NCBI GenBank assembly: GCA_965227775.1
Contig: OZ245777.1
Span: 1,824,001-1,888,000 of the forward strand
Direction: 5' to 3'
DNA: 64,000 bases
From: Phycisphaerales bacterium
GTDB lineage: Bacteria > Planctomycetota > Phycisphaerae > Phycisphaerales > UBA1924
Every line of letters starts with the position of its first letter. Position 1 is the stretch's first letter. The position numbers were made by a program, and so were the translations under genes. Below, piece by piece: positions 10,801-20,069 of this stretch. The notes below the pieces were generated by a model that was given only the letters and a program-made list of their open reading frames with translations, ran no database searches and had not been told where the DNA came from.

Positions 10801-11424
10801 ATCAGCTTCGTGCTCATCACGATCTACATCTGGGTGCGTTTCGGCTCGGTCCGCTACTCGTTCGTCGCGCTGACGGCGCTCGCGCACGACGTGCTGCTCG
10901 CCCTCGGCATGATCGCGCTCGCCGAGCTGGTTTATGAGTTCCCCACCGGGGCGCGCGTGGCCAGCTTCTTCAGCGTGCTGCCGTTCCGCATCGACCTGAA
11001 CACGGTTGCCGCCCTGCTGACGATCATCGGCTACTCGCTGAACGACACGATCATCATCATGGACCGCATCCGCGAGAATCGCGGCAAGCTGCCCTACGCG
11101 AATCGGCGGGTCGTGAACCTCTCGATCAACCAGACGCTCAGCCGAACGGTGATTACCTCGGGCACGACCCTCTTCGCCGTGACGGTGCTCTACTTCGCCG
11201 GTGGCGAGGGTCTGCGACCGTTCGCGTACGTGCTGCTGGTTGGCATGGTCGTGGGTACGTACTCGTCGGTGGCCGTCGCCGCACCGCTGGTGTGGTCGCG
11301 GAAGGCCGACCCCTCGAGCAAGTCTGCCGATGGTGGCGATGGTTCGGGCAGCGAAAACCCGTTCTCGGGCCCCCAGCCGGGCTCGACGACAGCCCAGAGC
11401 CCGGACAAGCCGATGACTGACTAG
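7855..11424 (+). CDS. secDF: SecD-SecF fusion protein
   Basis: LGKDLAGG, IGPSLG, GMAVDANVLIFERVREE, DTEFVGG, GYSLNDTIIIMDRIREN. Confidence 0.95.
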   Translation: MMRNRLGWGLLAMAMLAFAIWGFMPPKEKLRLGKDLAGGVTLTYAVQIEPGQNAQEILNQLATVLGERIDPGNQMDISIVPVGRDRLEITMPLPTERVKQLRRDFEAELLRIEQYTIDPVRFERLMGESSEERTASIEEFRQSSPELADRLEAAAQAYDRLVEAEDIYRQLLSQESPDEETLDEAEIEAALASLDYDDKRAEALKLSITPAEVRRVLEFSRQPTRKIDSEAKEVVELPSPFERAWTSLMERAAPADGQGQSSLQAELERVLAVYETYTAERRSLDDPQDLKRLLRGSGELDFRITVEANSRADETALREELREVGPRNASPEGAVWLRLAKVESWFDTLAQAESLEANPVAFFASRGFVVEPYDGMYWMLAWDQLGNRLTSAEGEWQVSRAYMGRDEIGRNNIVFNMDTLGGQRLGELTGEHVGDNMAVILDDRIITAPTLRGRISTSGSISGDFSLEELRDIIQILNAGALQARLSPEPISENTIGPSLGQDNLESGLQAGIYALIAVSVFMVLYYFAYGAIAVIALGCNAALILGAMALNQSAFTMPGIAGVVLTFGMAVDANVLIFERVREELRNGLDLAQSAKLGYQRALSAIVDGNVTNLIVCVVLVGVGTQEVKGFAITLGVGVVCTMISALIISRLLLSVLVDDFNLKAMGKSATSMLPTALPIIDRVLEPKINWISGRYVFWSISVLAVCTSVALIINQRDRMLDTEFVGGTQVVLRFGEDPAGQPFMLTRQDVADRVVGVAETAPDGSQLKLLEQADIVPLDPEDDGVTSDTFQIKTLATNSDEVQDALANAFQDVLDVQAALTFDQADISEARLAPVYPITGPTPLGSHIGRPQYRDEIDGYVGGGAIVLENLTQGQTIAQIEQRLDLLRGQADFSSTLGRPRELRVLERYEDETVRSAVLLTIDPMTSYFSDRDRWWQDVGQLEWQLVREALTTSTTLASVSNFSPAIAEEFRGRAVFAVVISFVLITIYIWVRFGSVRYSFVALTALAHDVLLALGMIALAELVYEFPTGARVASFFSVLPFRIDLNTVAALLTIIGYSLNDTIIIMDRIRENRGKLPYANRRVVNLSINQTLSRTVITSGTTLFAVTVLYFAGGEGLRPFAYVLLVGMVVGTYSSVAVAAPLVWSRKADPSSKSADGGDGSGSENPFSGPQPGSTTAQSPDKPMTD

Positions 11425-12153
11425 ATGGCCGAAGGCACCGGCTCCAACCAGGGCACGTTCCGGCAGACCGCCATCGGCCTGTTGGCATTGGCCGGTCTTT
11501 GGAACGCCGTGTACTGGCTCTGGCCTGTGCACCGCGAAGCGCCGGTGGTCATGGCGAGCACCGCCGATGAGCCGCAAGAGCCCGACCTGGCGGGTAGTGA
11601 TGCTGATGAGCCGCCAGCGCTCGTCGATGCGGCCCCGATCGAGCCCGAGTTGCCAGAAGTCATCGCCGACCCAGCGCCCGGCATCATCGACCCCATCGTG
11701 CACGATGGGGGCGGGCTCGGCGTGCTTCCTCCGCTGTTCGAGTTGTACACGACCAAGCCAAGCGATCGCAACCTGGGCGACATCGCGAGCCGCTTCTACG
11801 GAGACAAGTCCAAGGCACCCATCATCGCACAGGCCAATCCATACAAGGATCCACGCCGCCTCACAGCGGGGCAGGTCTGGCGTATCCCGGTCGACCCGGA
11901 CAACATCCAGGGCGTAGTGGTGGATGCCGACGGCAACCCGGCAGATCCGCCACCAGCCGAGCCGCCGCCCACCGACTACACCGAGTACGTCGTGCAGGGT
12001 GGCGACACGCTTGGCGGCATCTCTCGCATGCACTACCAGACAACGCGGCACGCCCAGTTCATCTACGCGTTCAACCGTGAGCGGCTGGGGCTCACGTCGA
12101 TCCGGGGCATCCGTCCTGGCCAGGTGCTGCACATCCCCAAAGAGCCGCAATAG
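11425..12153 (+). CDS. Membrane-anchored LysM domain protein (two LysM-like repeats)
   Basis: N-terminal TM; LGDIASRFYG...LTAGQVWRIP and YVVQGGDTLGGIS...IRPGQVLHIP. Confidence 0.85.
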   Translation: MAEGTGSNQGTFRQTAIGLLALAGLWNAVYWLWPVHREAPVVMASTADEPQEPDLAGSDADEPPALVDAAPIEPELPEVIADPAPGIIDPIVHDGGGLGVLPPLFELYTTKPSDRNLGDIASRFYGDKSKAPIIAQANPYKDPRRLTAGQVWRIPVDPDNIQGVVVDADGNPADPPPAEPPPTDYTEYVVQGGDTLGGISRMHYQTTRHAQFIYAFNRERLGLTSIRGIRPGQVLHIPKEPQ

Positions 12154-12190
12154 CCCGAATCAGCAGTGGTGCCGACCTACCCTTGGCCTC

Positions 12191-13222
12191 ATGAGCGAGC
12201 CAACCTCATACATCGTGACCGGCGGCGCCGGCTTCGTCGGCTCGAACTGCTGCGCGGCGATCTCCAAGATCCGACCCGACGCACACGTCATTTGCATCGA
12301 CGACTTCCGCGTGGGTTCGTTCCACAACCTCATCGAGGCCTATGAGCGGCACGACCTCGGGGCAGTCTCGTGCGAGGTGATCGCCCAGGACTGGACGTAC
12401 CTGCACACGCTGTTGGGTAACAGGCCGGTCGGCATCGTGCACATGGCCGCCATTACCGATACCACGGTCGAAGACCAGGCTCAGATGCTCGACGAAAACG
12501 CCGGCCCGGCGTGGGACGGGCTGCTCGAGTCGGTCCTTGATACGGGCCACCGGCTGGTGTACGCCAGCAGCGCCGCGACGTACGGCACGCCGCCCCAGGC
12601 AGCCGAGCACGTTGCCTTCCCGCTTCAGGCCGCCGGCAAGCCCGACAACATCTACGGCTTCAGCAAGTGGGTGATGGAGAACACACACCGACGTGTGCAG
12701 GCGCGCGATTCGCACGCCCATATCGTCGGCCTGCGGTTCTTCAATGTGTTCGGCCCTGGCGAATCGAGCAAGGGCCCGATGGCATCGATGGCGTACAAAC
12801 TCGCCCGGCAGATGCTCGCCGGCACGGCGCCGCGGCTGTTCACTCCCGGCGACCAGGCGCGAGACCAGGTCTACGTGGATGACGTCGTCGACTGCGTGCT
12901 CGCGGGCCTCGGTCTTGGCGATTACAAGAGTCCCACGCCGGGTGTGTACAACCTGGGCAGCGGTAAGCCCACGACGTTCAATGATCTGGCCGATGCTGTC
13001 CGCCGCGGGCTTGGCTTGGGCGATACCGAGCTGGCGACCGAGTACTTCGAGATGCCCGAGAGCGTGCGCAGGTTTTATCAGGACTTCACGCTGGCCGACA
13101 TGAGCGAGACGCGGCGCGGCCTGGGCTTCTCGCCTCAGCACGAGCCCGTCCGAACGATCGAGGCCTATGCGGCGTACCTGAAGCAACGCCAGACGCACTC
13201 GCACGCGGGAGCAAGCGCTTGA
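12191..13222 (+). CDS. hldD: NAD-dependent epimerase, ADP-L-glycero-D-manno-heptose 6-epimerase-like
   Basis: [45 protein letters not shown]. Confidence 0.75.
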   Translation: MSEPTSYIVTGGAGFVGSNCCAAISKIRPDAHVICIDDFRVGSFHNLIEAYERHDLGAVSCEVIAQDWTYLHTLLGNRPVGIVHMAAITDTTVEDQAQMLDENAGPAWDGLLESVLDTGHRLVYASSAATYGTPPQAAEHVAFPLQAAGKPDNIYGFSKWVMENTHRRVQARDSHAHIVGLRFFNVFGPGESSKGPMASMAYKLARQMLAGTAPRLFTPGDQARDQVYVDDVVDCVLAGLGLGDYKSPTPGVYNLGSGKPTTFNDLADAVRRGLGLGDTELATEYFEMPESVRRFYQDFTLADMSETRRGLGFSPQHEPVRTIEAYAAYLKQRQTHSHAGASA

Positions 13223-14190
13223 GCATTCGTCGCATCCTCGTCACCGGCGGTGCCGGCTTCGTTGGCTCGCACCTGTGCGAGCGCCTCGTGAACGAGGGCC
13301 AAGATGTCATCTGCGTCGATAACTTCTTTACCAGCCAGAAGAGCACGATCGCCCATCTGCTGGATAGACCGAACTTCGAGCTGATCCGCCACGACGTCAC
13401 ACACCCGCTGTGGCTCGAGGTCGACGAGATCTATAACCTCGCCTGCCCGGCCGCGCCGGGCCATTATCAGTACAACCCCATCAAGACCATGAAGACCAGC
13501 GTGCTCGGAGCCATCCACTTGCTCGGCATGGCCAAGCGCTGCAACGCGACCGTGCTCCAGGCATCGACGAGCGAGGTCTACGGCGACCCCGAGGTGCACC
13601 CGCAGCCTGAGAGCTACCGCGGCGCGGTGAACCCGATTGGCCCGCGGGCGTGTTACGACGAGGGCAAGCGCGCCGCCGAGACGCTGTTCTTTGATTACCA
13701 CCGCCACAACGGCGTGAAGATCAAGGTCGTCCGCATCTTCAACACCTACGGCCCACGCATGCACCCGCACGATGGCCGCGTGGTCTCCAACTTCATCCGC
13801 CAGGCGCTCCAGGGCGAAGACCTCACCATTTACGGCGATGGAAGCCAGACCCGCAGCTTCCAGTATGTCGATGATCTGGTCGAGGGCATCTATCGCATGA
13901 TGCACGGGCCCGACGACTTCCCAGGCCCGGTCAACATCGGCAACCCCGGCGAGTTCACCATCATCCAGCTCGCGGAGATGGTCATCGAGATCAGCGGTTC
14001 GAGTTCAAAGATCGTGCACCGCGACGCCGTTGCCGACGATCCCAAGCAACGACAGCCCGACATCGCGCTCGCCAAGCAGAAGCTCGACTGGCGGCCGAGC
14101 GTCGCACTCCGCGAAGGTCTCGAGAAGACGATCGAGTACTTCCGCTCGATCGACATCGATGGCTTCCGGGCGCCGACGCCGAATTACTAG
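13219..14190 (+). CDS. UDP-glucuronate decarboxylase (UDP-xylose synthase) family SDR
   Basis: [45 protein letters not shown]. Confidence 0.92.
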   Translation: MSIRRILVTGGAGFVGSHLCERLVNEGQDVICVDNFFTSQKSTIAHLLDRPNFELIRHDVTHPLWLEVDEIYNLACPAAPGHYQYNPIKTMKTSVLGAIHLLGMAKRCNATVLQASTSEVYGDPEVHPQPESYRGAVNPIGPRACYDEGKRAAETLFFDYHRHNGVKIKVVRIFNTYGPRMHPHDGRVVSNFIRQALQGEDLTIYGDGSQTRSFQYVDDLVEGIYRMMHGPDDFPGPVNIGNPGEFTIIQLAEMVIEISGSSSKIVHRDAVADDPKQRQPDIALAKQKLDWRPSVALREGLEKTIEYFRSIDIDGFRAPTPNY

Positions 14191-14204
14191 GCCGGGGTGG
14201 TGGA

Positions 14205-14606
14205 TTGCCTTTCCCAGTCCCTAGAGATGAAGTCGGCCACACCGAAGACAAACTCGGGTTGGTCTTTCCGCCGCGATTTGTCGCTCGAATGATGCGCGAT
14301 AACGGTGGAACTGTTCAAGCAGATGGAGATTCATGGGAGCTGCATCCGTTTCGCAACGCCGCGGACCGCAAGATGTTGGCCAGGACAGCAAGTCACATCG
14401 CTCGCGAGACCTTCCAATGCCGCGAGTGGCCGGAGTTTCCGCAGGATGGCGTGGCAATTGCGAGCAACGGCACCGGAGACGTACTGATCTTGCTGCCGTC
14501 TGAAAGCAACCCAGCATCACTCGGTGAGACGGTCTATCTGTGGGAACATGACGCGGGGCGGGTCAGGATCATCTCTGAGTCGATCGAAAAAATTGCGGCG
14601 GATTAG
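14205..14606 (+). CDS. SMI1/KNR4 (SUKH) family protein
   Basis: E-KLGLVFP, NGG, IASNGTGD, VYLWEHD pattern. Confidence 0.75.
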   Translation: MPFPVPRDEVGHTEDKLGLVFPPRFVARMMRDNGGTVQADGDSWELHPFRNAADRKMLARTASHIARETFQCREWPEFPQDGVAIASNGTGDVLILLPSESNPASLGETVYLWEHDAGRVRIISESIEKIAAD

Positions 14607-15349
14607 CTGCCCATCCGCCACAGCAACTCCGGCAGCACGATCCCGCTCGGCCCGCGCAGAGCGTGGGTCACCGAACTGGTCATGGGCGTCGCGTCTGGGT
14701 TGATCTCCACCGTCGGCACACCACGCGAGATCGCCAGGTCGATGTATCCTGCTGCGGGATAGACCACCGCGCTGGTGCCGATGGTCAGGAACACATCGCA
14801 TGACATCACCGCACGTTCGGCCGCTTCGATTGCTTCCGTTGGCAGCATCTCGCCGAACAGCACGATATCGGGCCGCAGCACGCCGCCGGCTTCGGATCTT
14901 GGCGGAAAGGCCGAGAAATCGACCTCCGAGATCGGGCGCAGCGTCCCGGTCTCTTGGCAACGCCAGCGGAGGATCGAGCCGTGTAGTTCGATGACGTCCC
15001 GCGCACCGCCGGCCTGGTGCAACCCATCGATGTTCTGGGTAATCACATCGAGGCCGCCGCCCCTATCGAGTTTCGCCGCTTGCAGCTGCGCGAGCGCCTC
15101 GTGTCCGGCGTTCGGCTTCGCATCGGCGCACTTCGAGAACCGCCAGTGGTACCACTGGGTCACCATCTCTGGGTCGCGTTCCAGGGCGCCCACGCTTGCA
15201 AGTTCCATCGGGTCGTATCGTGCCCACAGCCCCGTCTGGGGCTGGCGGAATGTCTCGATGCCGCTCTCGGCCGACACGCCCGCTCCGGTGAGCACCGCAA
15301 CGCGCGTCGCATCGGCAAGCAGTGTTGCGACGTCGTCCAGCCGGGCCAA
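14603..15349 (-). CDS. cobB: Sirtuin-family NAD-dependent deacylase
   Basis: LTGAGVSAESGI, TQNIDGLH, ELHGS, RPDIVLFGE, GTSAVVYPAA. Confidence 0.93.
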   Translation of the reverse strand: MARLDDVATLLADATRVAVLTGAGVSAESGIETFRQPQTGLWARYDPMELASVGALERDPEMVTQWYHWRFSKCADAKPNAGHEALAQLQAAKLDRGGGLDVITQNIDGLHQAGGARDVIELHGSILRWRCQETGTLRPISEVDFSAFPPRSEAGGVLRPDIVLFGEMLPTEAIEAAERAVMSCDVFLTIGTSAVVYPAAGYIDLAISRGVPTVEINPDATPMTSSVTHALRGPSGIVLPELLWRMGS

Positions 15350-15384
15350 TGCATCATCCGTTGCCAGGCAGCGACCATAGAAGG

Positions 15385-15422
15385 AAAGCCCCGGCCTGAA
15401 CGAATCCAGCCCGGGGCTTTTG
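15385..15422. terminator. Intrinsic terminator-like hairpin downstream of the PEP-CTERM gene
   Basis: AAAGCCCCGG(15385-94) / CCGGGGCTTT(15411-20) inverted repeat. Confidence 0.7.
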
Positions 15423-15466
15423 GTGGGTTTGTTGAGCCTTCCGAGGAGCGGGGTCGCTCGAAGGGC

Positions 15467-16273
15467 TTAGCGGCGGCGGCGGGCAGCCGCGAGGCCACCG
15501 AGGCCGAGCAGCGCGAGCGACGCCGGAGCCGGAACCGGAACAACCGTCACGGTCAGGTCGTCGCTGATGTCCAGCCAGCGGCCCTCGGTCTGCGTGAAGT
15601 TGTCCACGCCACGACCCGAGATGATCAGCGAGTCACCCTCGCTCAGCATCACGCTGGAGAGGTCCACCATCGAAGTGGCGGTGTCGCCAACGCTCACACC
15701 CGTGGTAGGCTTGCTGAGCACATCGCTGAAGAGCACGTCGAAATCGCCCGTGGCGGTCTCGCGAGCGATCACGAGCTCAACGTCCACGTCAATGCCGCGG
15801 AAGTCTTCGCCAGACCACAGGACGTCGAATTGGCCGTTGATGTCAACCATCAGCTCGGGCGTGCCCGAGGGGAGCATCCAGCGGACGACCGGAGCCGTCT
15901 CGTACTTCGAGTCCATGAGATTGTGGGTCATCTTGCCCTGGCGGATCGGCGGGTTCGTGTCGTTGCCGTCGGTCCACGCGCCGAAGCCGTGGCCCCACCA
16001 GTTGTTGTCCCAGCTCAGGAGCGTGGTCTCCTGGGTGTACCAGGGGCTATCGCCGCTGAGGCCATCGCCGCCTTGGGCGTACTCGTACTTCCAAACGGCA
16101 ACGCCGTCGAAGCCGGGGCCGGGGTTGAACACGGTGCTTCCGGGGACCGAGCCGGGCACCCAGTCGCTAGCGCGATGCCACGCATCGCCCGTGTCGTACT
16201 GCGCCATCGCCGCCTGCGAGGCCGAGAGAGCCACGCCAGCCGCGAGCATCAGGATCATGTTCGGTGTCTTCAT
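15467..16273 (-). CDS. PEP-CTERM-type exported protein
   Basis: Signal peptide MKTPNMILMLAAGVALSASQAAMA; C-terminus VPAPASLALLGLGGLAAARRRR. Confidence 0.88.
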   Translation of the reverse strand: MKTPNMILMLAAGVALSASQAAMAQYDTGDAWHRASDWVPGSVPGSTVFNPGPGFDGVAVWKYEYAQGGDGLSGDSPWYTQETTLLSWDNNWWGHGFGAWTDGNDTNPPIRQGKMTHNLMDSKYETAPVVRWMLPSGTPELMVDINGQFDVLWSGEDFRGIDVDVELVIARETATGDFDVLFSDVLSKPTTGVSVGDTATSMVDLSSVMLSEGDSLIISGRGVDNFTQTEGRWLDISDDLTVTVVPVPAPASLALLGLGGLAAARRRR

Positions 16274-16446
16274 CGTCTTCTCCCGCTCTTCTCTTGTTAG
16301 AGACTCACCTACAACATGCCCCAGAACCGAGACGGAGCCAGCAAAACCAGAAAAAATACTGGATCCCCGCCTTTTCGCCTCGCGAGCCAAGCCACTCGGG
16401 GTCCCCAACGCCGCCTCGAGGTGTCCGGCATGCCGATAATCACCCC

Positions 16447-17136
16447 ATGGCACACCCCAGCTCATCCAAGAAAACCCTCGTGCTCTGCGACGGCGACCTG
16501 CCCGGCATGGTGGCCCTAAGCCTCACCCAGGATGCGATGGGCTCCTCAGGCTCGTGCGGTGTGCTGGCAGGCGCGGTCGCTTCGGACCACGCCGAGGCCA
16601 TCGCCAGCCGCATCCGCTCGCTCGCCGAGTCCCAGGCAGCGGACTGCTTGGACTTTCCTGCCGTCTCCTCAAACGCACTCGCATCCGGGTCCCGCCGAAC
16701 GCGGTACCTGACCGAGGCGGTCCACCACGCGATGGCCAGCGGCTACGCCTCGTTGGCCTGCCCTTGGCAGGCCGGGGCCTTCGACGCCGACAAGCCGCTC
16801 GGTATCGACGAGGTGCCCTCTGTCGAGAACCTGGCCCGCGAGCTCGATCGCTGCCTGCTGGTCTCTCGTCTGGTGACGCTCGATGCATCCGAGCACGGCG
16901 TCGGTGTGTTCGAGGTGCAGACTCCGCTGATGGACCTGAGCGACACCCAAGTCGCCGAGCTTGCCTTGGATCTGGATGTGCCGATCTGGCGGGCGTGGTG
17001 GTGGGAGGTCGCCGCCGGCAAGCGAGCCAAGGACCCCGTGCTCGGCGAGCGTGCCAACGCCCTGCGAGACCGCTGGTGCGCCGCGCTCGAGTCTCTCGGC
17101 TGGTCCATCGATGCCGAATTGGCCGCGTCTCGATGA
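16447..17136 (+). CDS. QueC-like protein with degenerate PP-loop
   Basis: KTLVLCDGDLPG (cf. SGGxDS) and VQTPLMDLSDTQVAELALDL (cf. QueC C-terminal part). Confidence 0.5.
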   Translation: MAHPSSSKKTLVLCDGDLPGMVALSLTQDAMGSSGSCGVLAGAVASDHAEAIASRIRSLAESQAADCLDFPAVSSNALASGSRRTRYLTEAVHHAMASGYASLACPWQAGAFDADKPLGIDEVPSVENLARELDRCLLVSRLVTLDASEHGVGVFEVQTPLMDLSDTQVAELALDLDVPIWRAWWWEVAAGKRAKDPVLGERANALRDRWCAALESLGWSIDAELAASR

Positions 17137-17164
17137 CGACGCTCGTCGGTCCAACGATTCGGGC

Positions 17165-18127
17165 GTGACCCCTCCCCGGCTCATCGTGCAGAAGTTCGGC
17201 GGCACGTCGGTGTCCGACGCGGGGCGAATCCGCCTTTGCGCGCAGCGGGCCGTCGATGCGGCGCGCGCCGGTCACCGGGTCGTCGTTGTTGTTTCTGCCA
17301 TGGGCCGCACGACCGACGCTCTCCTGCGCAGCGCGATGGAGATCGACGGTAATCCGCCCGCTCGCGAGCTTGATCAGTTGCTCGCCGCCGGTGAGCAGGT
17401 TTCCGTCGCCCTTGCCGCGATCGCGATCAAGGCCCTCGGCGGTGTGGCCACGGGGCTCGACGCCCGGCAGGCAGGGATCTCGGCCGACGGGCCGCACGGG
17501 CGGAGCCGCATCGGCCGGATCAACACCAGCCGCATCGAGGCGGTGCTCGAACAGGGCCGCATCGCGGTCGTCGCCGGCTTCCAGGGCGAGTTGGACTCGG
17601 GCGACCGGGCGACCATCGGCCGTGGAGGCTCCGATACCACCGCCGTTGCGATCTCCGTTGCCTTGGGCGCCCAAGTCTGCGAGATCTACACCGACACGCT
17701 CGGCGTGATGACGGCCGACCCTTCGCTCGTGCCAGAGGCGCGCCGCATCGAGACGCTCGCCTGGCCGGCGATGACGGCGCTCTCGCGCCACGGCGCTCGG
17801 GTGCTCTCGATCGACGCTGCCGAGATGGCCCAGGCCGCGCGCTTGCCGGTCCGCGTCCGTCACGCGGCACTGGCGGGCGAGGGCACGCTCGTCACCGCAA
17901 ATGAGTGGCCGGCTGGCCCGATCGCCTGCGCGGCCAGCCGCCACGGCACCGGCTCAACCATCGCGCTCGTTGGGCGTGGCATGCCGGCGGACGTGCGGCA
18001 CGAGGCCCACGCCGTGCTGGGGCCGGGCGCTAACGAAGAAGCGGATGCGATCGTGCTCCACAGCGTTCCGCACGCGCGGGCGGGTGGCCTGTTAAGGGAA
18101 TTGCACGCGGCGGTCGGGCTCGCGTAG
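17165..18127 (+). CDS. Aspartate kinase, short form lacking intact ACT domains
   Basis: QKFGGTSV, VVSAMG, VAGFQG, GRGGSDTTA, YTD-GVMTADP, GARVL. Confidence 0.82.
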   Translation: MTPPRLIVQKFGGTSVSDAGRIRLCAQRAVDAARAGHRVVVVVSAMGRTTDALLRSAMEIDGNPPARELDQLLAAGEQVSVALAAIAIKALGGVATGLDARQAGISADGPHGRSRIGRINTSRIEAVLEQGRIAVVAGFQGELDSGDRATIGRGGSDTTAVAISVALGAQVCEIYTDTLGVMTADPSLVPEARRIETLAWPAMTALSRHGARVLSIDAAEMAQAARLPVRVRHAALAGEGTLVTANEWPAGPIACAASRHGTGSTIALVGRGMPADVRHEAHAVLGPGANEEADAIVLHSVPHARAGGLLRELHAAVGLA

Positions 18128-18140
18128 TCGACCAATTGCC

Positions 18141-18680
18141 TCAGATCTCGCCGGGGCTGGCCTGGGTCACCTCGCCGGTCGCGAAGTCGTACGTGCCCAT
18201 CTGCTTGATGGGCGGCGAGTAGATATGCAGCGTGATGAGGTCGACGCCCTTGGCCTGCATGTTGGCGACCTGGTGGATGTCTTCGTCCTCGGCGGCGCAC
18301 ACCGTGCCGGGCTCGAGCATCCGGCGACCGGTCGGGCACACCTTGCCACAGGCCGTCGGTTCGTAGCGAATCTCGGTGCCTTGCCCCTCGATGACCTTGA
18401 AAGCACAGCTCGATCCCTCGTGGTCATGGATGGGCGTGCAGTCGCCGCTCCGCCAGCACAGCGCGAGCAACTCGTACCACTCCCCGCGTGCGATCGTGTT
18501 GCGCCGGTAGCCCCGCGTGCCGAACAGACAGGCCGGTGCGATGTCATGCCGGTTCAGGTCGAGCGACTCGAGATGACGCGCAAGCTCGCCGAGATCGGCG
18601 CGCCCACGCAATGACGCGAGGTAGCCGACGAGGTCGGCCAGCTTCGGCGTCACGGTACAGGTCGTCTCGGGTGTGCTCAT
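18141..18680 (-). CDS. Cysteine dioxygenase family protein
   Basis: YRRNTI, TPIHDHEGSSC, IHQVAN, TLHIYSPP. Confidence 0.88.
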   Translation of the reverse strand: MSTPETTCTVTPKLADLVGYLASLRGRADLGELARHLESLDLNRHDIAPACLFGTRGYRRNTIARGEWYELLALCWRSGDCTPIHDHEGSSCAFKVIEGQGTEIRYEPTACGKVCPTGRRMLEPGTVCAAEDEDIHQVANMQAKGVDLITLHIYSPPIKQMGTYDFATGEVTQASPGEI

Positions 18681-20050
18681 GGTGCGGCAACATCAGTATA
18701 CGGGGCCTCTTCGAGCTCGCGTGCCAGTTCGGCCTTCAGAGCCTGAGCCAGATACGCATACTGCGCCTCGTGGTTGTAGAGCTGAGCCGAAATCCGCACG
18801 AATCGACGTGGCACGCGGCCCTGCTCCAGCACCGGCGGGTGCAACACGGGTACCTGAACGCCCCAGTGCGAAATCAGACGATCCTGCAGCGCATCGGCGT
18901 GCCGCGTGGGCCGCTGTGAGAGCCGTTCCCACGCGGCCGCACCGATTGGCGGAAGCTCGACCATCGCGATGCACCCGGTCATCGACTCGGGGGCGGGCGG
19001 CTTGGTATCGAGCGCGTCGCTCAGGAGCCGCTGGCCCTGCAACGCGAGCGCATGGTTGCGCTCGCGGATGTCCCGCCACGTGTCGTCCAGCCCGGCTGGA
19101 TTGAGATCAAACGCTTCGGCCGGGAAGCGGCGGGGGGCCTCGCCGCGCGCGATCGTCGCCATGATGCGGATCGCTGCCGGCACGGCCAGCACCGACGTGG
19201 GGTCGTTGGTGCCGACGTAGTCGAACTCGGTGTGCAGATGGGGGCGGCCTTCGATCGGGCTGTTCGCGAGATTCGAGAGGATCATGGGCCGGCACCGCGC
19301 CCGCTGCTCTGGGTGCACCCACAAGACGGCCGAGCCCTTGGGGGAGCACACCCACTTGTGCAGGTTTGCCGTGTAGTAGGTGGGCGCGAGCGCGTCGATG
19401 TCGAGATCGATGTGGCCCGGCACGTGCGCCCCATCGACGATCACTCGCACGCCACGGCCCTCGAGCTCACGCACCAACTCCGCGATCGGCAGCACCATCG
19501 CGCTCGCGCTGGTGATGTGGCTGAGCAGCGCGATCCTCGTTCGCTCCGTCACGGCCCCCAGCACCGCGTCGACGATCCCCTGCGGCGTCGCGCCTGGGAA
19601 GGGCAGCTTCGCCGTCACGAACTTGAGCCCCGCCGCACCGGCCATGTGCCGCAGGTTGTTCGCGCAGGCCGGGTACTCGTGGTCGGTGAGCAGCACCTCG
19701 CTGCCCTCGGCGGCCTGACCGCTGGCGATGAGGTTGTGAATCGCCGTCGCGACGCCCGTGGTGGCGTTGGGCACGAACACCAGCCCACCCCGATCGCACC
19801 CAACGAACCGAGCCACGTCGTCGCGCACCCAGTTGATCAGCCCGAACAAGTCTTCGGCAAAGAATCGCACGGGCTCGCCCTCAAGCCGCCCTCGCCATGC
19901 GGCCTGTGTTTCGAGCACCGCTTGCGGGCAGCCGCCGAACGATCCATGGTTCAGGAATGTCACGCCCGGCTCATGGATCCACCAGCGAGCCAGCGGGCCG
20001 GCCGGTGGCGACGTGCGCGATTCGCGTTCATTCCGTCCCTGGTGTGCCAT
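18677..20050 (-). CDS. PLP-dependent class-V enzyme (isopenicillin-N epimerase / L-cysteine desulfhydrase / Egt2-like)
   Basis: FLNHGSFG, NATTG, DGAHVPG, ANLHKW (PLP Lys), RISAQLYN. Confidence 0.88.
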   Translation of the reverse strand: MAHQGRNERESRTSPPAGPLARWWIHEPGVTFLNHGSFGGCPQAVLETQAAWRGRLEGEPVRFFAEDLFGLINWVRDDVARFVGCDRGGLVFVPNATTGVATAIHNLIASGQAAEGSEVLLTDHEYPACANNLRHMAGAAGLKFVTAKLPFPGATPQGIVDAVLGAVTERTRIALLSHITSASAMVLPIAELVRELEGRGVRVIVDGAHVPGHIDLDIDALAPTYYTANLHKWVCSPKGSAVLWVHPEQRARCRPMILSNLANSPIEGRPHLHTEFDYVGTNDPTSVLAVPAAIRIMATIARGEAPRRFPAEAFDLNPAGLDDTWRDIRERNHALALQGQRLLSDALDTKPPAPESMTGCIAMVELPPIGAAAWERLSQRPTRHADALQDRLISHWGVQVPVLHPPVLEQGRVPRRFVRISAQLYNHEAQYAYLAQALKAELARELEEAPYTDVAAP

Positions 20051-20069
20051 ACGCGGGTATCGTTGCGGC

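Noticed and set aside
9796..12150. Very long antisense ORFs (784 aa here; also 40292-42427, 46669-48879, 50232-52163, 57189-59030)
   Set aside because: They lie opposite well-supported genes, have no recognisable motifs, and are expected from high-GC codon bias.
14205..15349. Sirtuin next to an immunity-like gene as a possible anti-phage system
   Set aside because: The sirtuin is a canonical stand-alone CobB-type deacylase, and the genes are convergent rather than operonic.
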